From Gammaproteobacteria bacterium (GTDB taxonomy: Bacteria; Pseudomonadota; Gammaproteobacteria; Magnimaribacterales; D2472), in the NCBI GenBank assembly GCA_008080945.1, contig VMDH01000034.1, forward strand, positions 1 through 63,354: a stretch of 63,354 nt of DNA. The letters are read 5' to 3'. The notes beneath the pieces are model-generated. The model was not told where the DNA came from and searched no databases. It worked only from the letters and a program-made list of their open reading frames with translations. Positions 9,426-16,636 of the stretch are shown one piece after another (the first letter of the stretch is position 1; the number at the start of each line of letters is the position of its first letter). The translations under genes and the position numbers were made by a program.

Positions 9426-9902
9426 TTAGAGAATTTTTTTTATTTCTTTCTCAATCTTTGCCACCGAGTCATTAGATCCAAACCGCTTGATTACAGCTCC
9501 GCTACGGTCTACCAAAAATTTGGTGAAATTCCACTTAATGGACTTTGAACCTAAAAGCCCTGGGGCACTATTTTTTAAATAATCGTATAAGGGAGAAGCA
9601 TTTGCTCCATTCACGTCTATTTTTTCAAACATTTGAAAGGATACTCCATAATTCAATTCACAAAATTCTTGGATTTCTTGATGATTTCCTGGCTCTTGTT
9701 TACCAAATTGATTACAAGGAAAACCAAGCACTTCGACGCCTTGATCTCTATATTTTTTATGAAGTTCTTCCAAATCCTTGTATTGAGGAGTAAAACCACA
9801 CTTGCTAGCAACATTTACAATCACAAGTATTTTTCCATTATATTTTGAAAAATTTACAGGTTCTCCGCTAAGAGCATTTAATTCAAAGTTATGTATTTCC
9901 AT
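9426..9902 (-). CDS. Glutathione peroxidase (Cys type, BtuE-like)
   Basis: 158 aa with the three GPx signature blocks: VNVASKCGFTPQY, LGFPCNQFGKQEPG and IKWNFTKFLVD. Confidence 0.9.
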   Translation of the reverse strand: MEIHNFELNALSGEPVNFSKYNGKILVIVNVASKCGFTPQYKDLEELHKKYRDQGVEVLGFPCNQFGKQEPGNHQEIQEFCELNYGVSFQMFEKIDVNGANASPLYDYLKNSAPGLLGSKSIKWNFTKFLVDRSGAVIKRFGSNDSVAKIEKEIKKIL

Positions 9903-9905
9903 AAG

Positions 9906-9932
9906 TTGATACCATTCTTAAAAAGCTATAAT
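9906..9932 (+). promoter_or_regulatory. Candidate sigma70 promoter for the GNAT-PPIase gene
   Basis: Consensus hexamers TTGATA (9906-9911) and TATAAT (9927-9932) in the 52-bp divergent spacer. The spacer between them is only 15 nt, so this is tentative. Confidence 0.35.
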
Positions 9933-9954
9933 ACCAGTCTCTACATTTTTAATC

Positions 9955-11268
9955 ATGCAAGCTGAAATAGATATTTCTATAGTTCGTTTTCAAAATCTCT
10001 CAATAGATGAGCTCTATGCGATCTTACAACTCAGGCAAGAAGTTTTTATTGTAGAGCAAGATTGCCCCTATCTTGATGCAGATGGGAATGACGCTTCCTC
10101 ATTTCATTTGATTGGTAGAATTGGGGGAGAAATTAAAGCCTACTTAAGAATTGTTCCCCCAGGCATTAAGTACGAAGGTCCTTCTCTTGGGAGAGTCATT
10201 ACTGCTTTAAGTATCAGAGAGCAGGGTTATGGAAAAGCCATTCTTCTTAGTGCTTTAGATTTTGTTGCCCAAAAATATCCTAATCAAGAAGTTTCAATAT
10301 CAGCCCAGTACAGACTAATTAAATATTATCAAAAACTGGGCTTCAAGGAGGTTGGTGAAATTTATCTTGAAGATGATATTGATCACATCAAGATGACCAT
10401 ACTGCCTGCTGTCTCTAAAAGAAAAATTTTTAAAACCTCATATAAGAAGCCCTCAGATTATTTTGCCATGGGTGGCCTACTTTTAGGTGCCTTGCTCATC
10501 GTCACAAGTTTTATCGAGGATATTGATATTTCTTCTATGAGCTGGGTAGCTAAAATAGAAGATAAGGTAATAAGTCGTGACCGTTTTGAGCAATATTTAG
10601 ATTCAATTGATCAAACTCGAGCATCAGGATTATTAAAAACTGACCCTGAAAGAATTCTTGAAAGAATGATTGATGAGGAGCTATTAATCAGAAGAGCAAT
10701 AGATCTGGGTTATTTAGATAATAACCCTCAAGTGAGAAGCCTGCTCATTCAAAAAATGATTGAAAGTATTCTTTCGGAAACTGATACACTAGAAATCGAT
10801 GATACAGAGTTAGAAGTTTTTTATAACTCCAATAAAGATTTTTTCTTAGCTAATCCCAAGCTTTCCATGGAAGTGTTGCGGTTCTCCTCATTGGATATTG
10901 CTTTAACATCCAAAAAATCTCTTCTAGAAGGAAACACTCAGCTTGCATTCGAAGCAGCTGATAAGTCAGCAATTCGCTTACCAAAGGGCCTATTGCCCGC
11001 TACAAAAACTCGAGAATATGTAGGCCCCACACTCACTTCCATTGCACTAACCATGGAGCCAGGAACAATTTCAGACCCTGTGCAAATGGATGCTGGATTT
11101 CATTTAATTATTTTGTATGAAAAATCTTTTGATACGCCTAAGCCATTCAAAAGTATTATTGATCAAGTCAGGGCTGAGTTTTTAAAGCAAAAACGCGATG
11201 AGCTGCTTCAGGAATATTTAATTAATCTAAGAAAATGGTATGACATTACTAAATCAACTGATTTGTAG
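9955..11268 (+). CDS. Fusion protein: ElaA-type GNAT acetyltransferase + TM anchor + SurA-N/parvulin-like peptidyl-prolyl isomerase
   Basis: aa 1-~152 resemble ElaA (LYAILQLRQEVFIVEQDCPYLDADG, QKLGFKEVGEIYLEDDIDHIKM). With no stop, the frame continues into KRKIFKTSYKK, then the helix YFAMGGLLLGALLIVTSFI. The C-terminal half resembles anchored PpiC-type PPIases (ILERMIDEELLIRRAIDLGY, GTISDPVQMDAGFHLIILYEK). Confidence 0.6.
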   Translation: MQAEIDISIVRFQNLSIDELYAILQLRQEVFIVEQDCPYLDADGNDASSFHLIGRIGGEIKAYLRIVPPGIKYEGPSLGRVITALSIREQGYGKAILLSALDFVAQKYPNQEVSISAQYRLIKYYQKLGFKEVGEIYLEDDIDHIKMTILPAVSKRKIFKTSYKKPSDYFAMGGLLLGALLIVTSFIEDIDISSMSWVAKIEDKVISRDRFEQYLDSIDQTRASGLLKTDPERILERMIDEELLIRRAIDLGYLDNNPQVRSLLIQKMIESILSETDTLEIDDTELEVFYNSNKDFFLANPKLSMEVLRFSSLDIALTSKKSLLEGNTQLAFEAADKSAIRLPKGLLPATKTREYVGPTLTSIALTMEPGTISDPVQMDAGFHLIILYEKSFDTPKPFKSIIDQVRAEFLKQKRDELLQEYLINLRKWYDITKSTDL

Positions 11269-12439
11269 ATTACTTGTCCTTATTTTTGTTTTTGCTTGTT
11301 ATGAACTGGAAGCTCATAGTAGAAACGAATCTTATTCAACAGTTTCAATCACTCAGTCAGAGGAAATAATTTCGATAAATATTAAAGCCAATATTAGGCT
11401 GGATATTTTTCAACAACTCATATTGCCTTCTAACCTTACTCGTGATCTTGAGTTGGGTACTTATTTTGTAAGCTCATTTGATTTTGGCCCTGAATGTAAA
11501 GCTGAGCAAATTGTATCCCCAACCATTAATGCCAGCGCTGGGTTCATTAAGGCTACATGGGAACTTCAGTGTACTTCAATCCCAGTAAAGTATCAGAATT
11601 CACTATTCCAGGACTTAAATCCCTCCCACAACCACCTTTCTAAGGTAAAGCTTAATCAAGAGCTTTGGGGGGACTTTATTTTCAATATAGATTCGAATGC
11701 ATTCTCATTATCTCAAGAACTAAGTCAAGGCTCTCAGCAATCAACACTCTTAAATTTTCTGTACTTCGGAGTAGAACATATTCTTACAGGATATGATCAT
11801 TTGCTATTTATTCTAGGCCTGTTGGTTTTATTTGCTCGGTGGAGGTTATTTTTATCAATCACTGGATTCACAATCGGTCATTCTCTCTCTTTATTTCTTG
11901 GTAGTGTTGGAATTGTGATTGCCAAAATGAATATAGTAGAGGCTCTGATCGGGTTTTCAATTTTCTTTCTTGGATACGAGTATTTTTATAAAAATTTCTT
12001 TCTATCAAGAAGGCAATACTTTAGATTTTGGCAATTAATGCCATTAGGTATTTTATTTTTATTATGGGTGCTTGGAATTATAGGTTTCTTATTATTCTGT
12101 GGAATGACGGTTTTTGTACTCAGCTACAGCAAAATAATTTTGGATGATCAAGAAATGGTCAAGCCACTCTTAATTACTGCATTCTTTGGTTTAATTCATG
12201 GCTTAGGTTTTGCCTCGAACTTATCAGGGGCAGGATTCACAGATAATTTAATTTTAGGAGTTTTGGGATTTAATATAGGTGTTGAAGTTGGGCAGCTATT
12301 ATTTGCTTCCATCGCTATGCTTGCTTTGGCCCTAATAACAAGATTATTTGGAGTTCAGGCACTTATATTGAGCAAGCATGGAATTTCTTCTCTTTTACTT
12401 TCCTTTGGTATTTATTGGTTTATTCTAAGAATGTTATGA
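11240..12439 (+). CDS. HupE/UreJ-like (HupE_UreJ_2-type) integral membrane protein with N-terminal periplasmic domain
   Basis: Signal-peptide-like N-terminus (LLVLIFVFACYELEAHS), a ~170-aa soluble domain, then a polytopic part with GVEHILTGYDHLLFILGLL. Overlaps the upstream ORF by 29 nt. Its TGA overlaps the gloA ATG. Confidence 0.55.
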   Translation: MTLLNQLICRLLVLIFVFACYELEAHSRNESYSTVSITQSEEIISINIKANIRLDIFQQLILPSNLTRDLELGTYFVSSFDFGPECKAEQIVSPTINASAGFIKATWELQCTSIPVKYQNSLFQDLNPSHNHLSKVKLNQELWGDFIFNIDSNAFSLSQELSQGSQQSTLLNFLYFGVEHILTGYDHLLFILGLLVLFARWRLFLSITGFTIGHSLSLFLGSVGIVIAKMNIVEALIGFSIFFLGYEYFYKNFFLSRRQYFRFWQLMPLGILFLLWVLGIIGFLLFCGMTVFVLSYSKIILDDQEMVKPLLITAFFGLIHGLGFASNLSGAGFTDNLILGVLGFNIGVEVGQLLFASIAMLALALITRLFGVQALILSKHGISSLLLSFGIYWFILRML

Positions 12440-12876
12440 GTAAGTTTTTGCATACTATGGTTAGAATTTCATCAATTGATGAAACACTTCGTTTCTTTAG
12501 TCTTCTTGGATTTAAAGAGGTATCTAGATATGACAATGAGCAGGGTAGGTTTACATTAGTATTTATTGCATCCGAAAAGGACTACTCTCAAGCATTAGCT
12601 AGTAAAGCTCCAATGATTGAATTGACTCACAACTGGGATGAGGTTGAATACGATTCCGGCAGGAATTTTGGACATATTGCGATTGCTGTTGATGATATTT
12701 ATGCAGTTTGTAAAACATTGATGGACAATAACATCAACATTAACAGACCTCCCAGAGACGGCCGCATGGCTTTTGTTAAAACACCTGACAATATCTCAAT
12801 TGAACTTTTGCAATCTGGCAATCCCAAAGAAATAATGGATCCCTGGGCATCCATGCCAAACATTGGCACCTGGTAG
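12436..12876 (+). CDS. gloA: Lactoylglutathione lyase (glyoxalase I)
   Basis: MSKFLHTMVRI..., IELTHNW, FGHIAIAVDD and ISIELLQ supply the four H/E/H/E metal ligands. I chose the ATG at 12436 (ATGA overlap) over the TTG at 12415 by alignment to the E. coli N-terminus MRLLHTMLRV. Confidence 0.88.
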   Translation: MSKFLHTMVRISSIDETLRFFSLLGFKEVSRYDNEQGRFTLVFIASEKDYSQALASKAPMIELTHNWDEVEYDSGRNFGHIAIAVDDIYAVCKTLMDNNININRPPRDGRMAFVKTPDNISIELLQSGNPKEIMDPWASMPNIGTW

Positions 12877-12908
12877 TATAATAAGCCCCAACAATTAGGG
12901 AGGGCATT

Positions 12909-13910
12909 ATGGTCGTTGTTAGGCTTGCAAAGCCATCTGACCTAAATGAGCTATATAAGCTTTTAGATACCGAGGCAAGGGTAATGACAACCATGCCCAA
13001 GACAAAAGCTGATCTCAAGGCAAGAATAGATTGGTCTCAGCAATCATCTATAGCAAAAGCTAGCTCAAAAAAGCCTGCAAGTTATCTCATGGTGCTTGAA
13101 TCCAATAATAAAATTATGGGGATCTCAGCAATCTATACAAAGGTAGCCCATCAGAAACCTTCTGTATTTTTCAAATTAAAATCTAGGGAAATTTCTTCCA
13201 AAACGCTTAATTTTGCTAAAAATGTTGAGCTTCTTCAGCTGCATCATTACAAAGCTGCATACACCGAGTTAGGTACTCTATTTTTATCACCCAATGCTAG
13301 GGCGAAAGGCGTAGGGAAGCTTCTGTCTTTATCAAGGCTTTGTTATATGGGTCTTGATCCAAACAGATTTGATAAAAAAACATTTGTGGAGATCAGGGGT
13401 TGGAAAAATAATGAAGGAGAATCAGATTTCTGGAATCAATTTAGCAAGACTTTCTTTGAAATAGATTTTGAAGGTGCAGATAGCTTGAGTTATATTGACA
13501 ACCATTTTATAAGTGAAGCAGTCCCGAAGTTTCCTTTTCTTAAAGATTTAATTCCTGCAAAGGCAAGGAGAGTAATCGGTAAAGCTCATCAAAATGCATT
13601 ACCTGCTCAGAAAATTCTAGAAAAACAGGGATTTTATGCCAATGGTCTAGTTGACGTGTTTGATGCAGGACCTTGTTTGGAGGCTGTTACTAAAAGAATT
13701 AATGCTGTTCAGCACCAAATCAAAAGCACCGTGAAAATAGTAAGAGCCCTTGCTCAGCCATCCTCAGGCTATTTAAGCAATTGCTCATTAGTTAACTTTA
13801 GATGTAGCTACGGTGACTTTAAGCATTCAAATGGAGAAGCAGAAATAACGCAAGAAACTGCCAAAATTTTAAAAGTTAATTCAGGGGATGCTATCAGCAT
13901 ATTTTCTTAA
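12909..13910 (+). CDS. astA: Arginine N-succinyltransferase
   Basis: 333 aa collinear with AstA: MVVVRLAKPSDLNEL vs MMVIRPVERSDVSAL, TELGTLFLSPNARAKGVGKLLS, FWNQFSKTFFEIDF, VDVFDAGPCLEA. Strong SD GGGAGGG upstream. Confidence 0.85.
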   Translation: MVVVRLAKPSDLNELYKLLDTEARVMTTMPKTKADLKARIDWSQQSSIAKASSKKPASYLMVLESNNKIMGISAIYTKVAHQKPSVFFKLKSREISSKTLNFAKNVELLQLHHYKAAYTELGTLFLSPNARAKGVGKLLSLSRLCYMGLDPNRFDKKTFVEIRGWKNNEGESDFWNQFSKTFFEIDFEGADSLSYIDNHFISEAVPKFPFLKDLIPAKARRVIGKAHQNALPAQKILEKQGFYANGLVDVFDAGPCLEAVTKRINAVQHQIKSTVKIVRALAQPSSGYLSNCSLVNFRCSYGDFKHSNGEAEITQETAKILKVNSGDAISIFS

Positions 13911-15322
13911 TGTTGTTTATAAATAATCATTGGTTGGCAGGAGAAGGAAAGAGGCTAATTTCAACTAACCCTCTGACGCTTGAAGAGCTGTGGAATGATA
14001 ATCAAGCCTCCAAAGCTCAAGTTAATGAAGCCATAAATTCTGCAAGCAATGCGTTTATTGCATGGAGAAATTTCCCACTAAGACAAAGAATTATAATTAT
14101 TAAAAAGTTTTATAAAATTCTTAGTGATGAGAAGGAGTTTCTCGCTAACCTTATTTCTCAAGAAACTGGAAAACTATTATCTGATGCTGCTTCTGAGGTA
14201 TCTGCAGCGCTTGCTAAACTTAATAATTCCCTTAAAGCCTATAAAGGTAGGACAGGCTCAACCTCTGTCATTTCATCTTCCTCACAACAAGTTCTTGAGC
14301 ATTTTCCTCATGGACCGATGGCAGTTATTGGACCATTTAACTTTCCTTTACATCTTCCGAATGGACACATTACGCCTGCACTTATTGCAGGCAATACCAT
14401 CATTTTTAAACCCAGCGAGCTCACCCCATTAGTAGGAGAGGCTATGGTTTTGCTATGGGAAAGAGCGGGCTTGCCACAGGGTGTCATTAATCTTGTTCAG
14501 GGCGACCATACGGTAGGCAAAATGCTAACTGATCACAAATCAGTCCGCGGAGTATTATTTACCGGTGGAATAAAGGCTGGCCTAAAAATACACAAGTCCT
14601 TGGCAGGTCAGCCAAATAAAATTCTTGCTTTAGAATTAGGTGGCAACAATCCTTTAGTTGTTTGGAAAACTAAAAAAATTACTAGAGCAGTAGATATTAT
14701 TTTAAGTTCTGCATTCCTATCCTCTGGACAGAGATGTACCTGTGCAAGAAGGTTAATCTTACAAAATTCAAAAAATGGTAGACAGATATTGGATGCTCTG
14801 CTCAAGAGAGCAAAGGTGATGGGAAATGAAGTTAAAAGCTCCAAGCATTTCGGCCCACTAATTAATAACAAGGCAGCCTCTCAATTCCTAGAATTTCAAG
14901 ATAAGCTCATTAAGCATGGAGGAAAGGTTTTATTAAAGGGCAAGCTAATAAGCAAGAAGGGATCTCTTGTCACTCCATCAATTATTGATACATCAAAGGC
15001 TACAAAAGTATTTGATGAAGAAATTTTTGGGCCATTATTACAAGTTAGCTTCGTAGATACATTTGAAGAATCCCTCACACAGGCTAATAACACTGAGTTT
15101 GGATTATCTGCGGGTTTAATTTCTGATGATGACTCACTCTTTGATATTTTTCTTAAAGAGATTGATGCTGGCATTGTTAACTTCAATGCTCCTATTACTG
15201 GTGCTTCTGGAGCTGCTCCATTTGGAGGGGTTGGGAAAAGTGGCAATCATCGACCTGCAGGTTTTTATGCCGCTGATTATTGTGCATGGCCTAAAGCATC
15301 TGTAATAACTCGGGGTAGCTAA
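13910..15322 (+). CDS. astD: Succinylglutamate-semialdehyde dehydrogenase
   Basis: 470-aa aldehyde dehydrogenase (FKPSELTP, LELGGNNP, GQRCTCARR, EEIFGPLL). TAATG overlap with astA. Sits between astA and astB. Confidence 0.85.
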   Translation: MLFINNHWLAGEGKRLISTNPLTLEELWNDNQASKAQVNEAINSASNAFIAWRNFPLRQRIIIIKKFYKILSDEKEFLANLISQETGKLLSDAASEVSAALAKLNNSLKAYKGRTGSTSVISSSSQQVLEHFPHGPMAVIGPFNFPLHLPNGHITPALIAGNTIIFKPSELTPLVGEAMVLLWERAGLPQGVINLVQGDHTVGKMLTDHKSVRGVLFTGGIKAGLKIHKSLAGQPNKILALELGGNNPLVVWKTKKITRAVDIILSSAFLSSGQRCTCARRLILQNSKNGRQILDALLKRAKVMGNEVKSSKHFGPLINNKAASQFLEFQDKLIKHGGKVLLKGKLISKKGSLVTPSIIDTSKATKVFDEEIFGPLLQVSFVDTFEESLTQANNTEFGLSAGLISDDDSLFDIFLKEIDAGIVNFNAPITGASGAAPFGGVGKSGNHRPAGFYAADYCAWPKASVITRGS

Positions 15323-16635
15323 TGCCAGAAGTATATTTTGATGGCATGGTTGGTCCTTACCATAACTACGGAGGACTCTCTGAGGGTAATCTAGCCTCTT
15401 TAAGCCATGGAAATCAACCATCTTCTCCTAAGACCGCAGCATTGCAAGGAATTGAAAAAGCAAAATTAGTTAATGGCTTGGGTTTGACTCAAGGTTTTTT
15501 TCTGCCACATGAGAGACCTATTTTTAATGCGCTTCATGCTTTAGGATTTGAGGGCGATGAAAAACAGGTTCTAAACAAGGTCTCCAAGAAATTTCCAACA
15601 CTGCTTAATAATCTTTATTCATCTTCTGCAATGTGGGCTGCAAATGCAGGAACTTTTTCACCTAGCGTAGATTGTGAGGATAACATTATGCATATTACTC
15701 CCGCTAATTTAGGTAGTATGTTGCATAGGTCTATTGAATCTGAATTCACTCATTTTCAAATGGAGCTCATATTTGGTGGAATAGGAGTGGTTCATCCTCC
15801 AGTGCCAAATTTGTCCTACAAAGGAGATGAGGGAGCTGCTAACCATCTTAGAATGTCGACAAGCCATGACATCTCAGGATTTGAAATCTTTGTGCATGGA
15901 GGTTCTGCTTTTGAAAGAAAAGCAATGGTTCAAAGACAGGCCTTAGAAGCGTCTTATTCTGTGGCTGCCAATCACAGGCTTAACTCAGCCAAAACATTTT
16001 TTATTGAACAAGCTCCCACAGCAATTCAAGCAGGCAGTTTTCACAATGATATTGTAAGCCTAGCTAATGAAAGCTTGTGCATCTACCATGCCGATGCTTT
16101 TGCATTTCCTGAACAATTTATGGACATTAAAGAACAGATTTCATCGCAACTTCCTGATGCTAACTTCATTGAGATAAGCAACAAAGATATAAACTTAGAG
16201 GATATTGTGGGGTCTTATTTATTAAATTCTCAATTAGTCACAATACCAAATACAGATGAAATGTGCCTTATCCTGCCTCAGGAAGTGAATAATTATTCTG
16301 CTATCCAACAGTGGCTTGCAAATCTCCCCAATATCTCGCAAATAGCTCAATTGGAGTATGTAGATATCAAACAAAGCATGATGAATGGAGGCGGTCCTGC
16401 ATGCCTAAGATTTAAGGCCCAATTACAAAGATCAGAGCTTGGAGAGTTAAACTCCAAATTTATATTCGATGATAAAAAATTTGAAGCTCTTGAGAACCTT
16501 ATTCATAAATATTACAGAGAAAAACTTTTTCCAGAAGATCTGCAAGATTATTCGCTGGTTATTGAAACAAGAGAATTTTTGCAGGCATTAACCGAACTTC
16601 TCGATCTAGGAAACATTTATGCTTTCCAACAATAG
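15322..16635 (+). CDS. astB: N-succinylarginine dihydrolase
   Basis: 437 aa with N-terminal EVYFDGMVGPYHNYGGLSEGNLAS and C-terminal MNGGGPACLR, both characteristic of AstB. TAATG overlap with astD. Confidence 0.9.
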   Translation: MPEVYFDGMVGPYHNYGGLSEGNLASLSHGNQPSSPKTAALQGIEKAKLVNGLGLTQGFFLPHERPIFNALHALGFEGDEKQVLNKVSKKFPTLLNNLYSSSAMWAANAGTFSPSVDCEDNIMHITPANLGSMLHRSIESEFTHFQMELIFGGIGVVHPPVPNLSYKGDEGAANHLRMSTSHDISGFEIFVHGGSAFERKAMVQRQALEASYSVAANHRLNSAKTFFIEQAPTAIQAGSFHNDIVSLANESLCIYHADAFAFPEQFMDIKEQISSQLPDANFIEISNKDINLEDIVGSYLLNSQLVTIPNTDEMCLILPQEVNNYSAIQQWLANLPNISQIAQLEYVDIKQSMMNGGGPACLRFKAQLQRSELGELNSKFIFDDKKFEALENLIHKYYREKLFPEDLQDYSLVIETREFLQALTELLDLGNIYAFQQ

Positions 16636-16636
16636 C

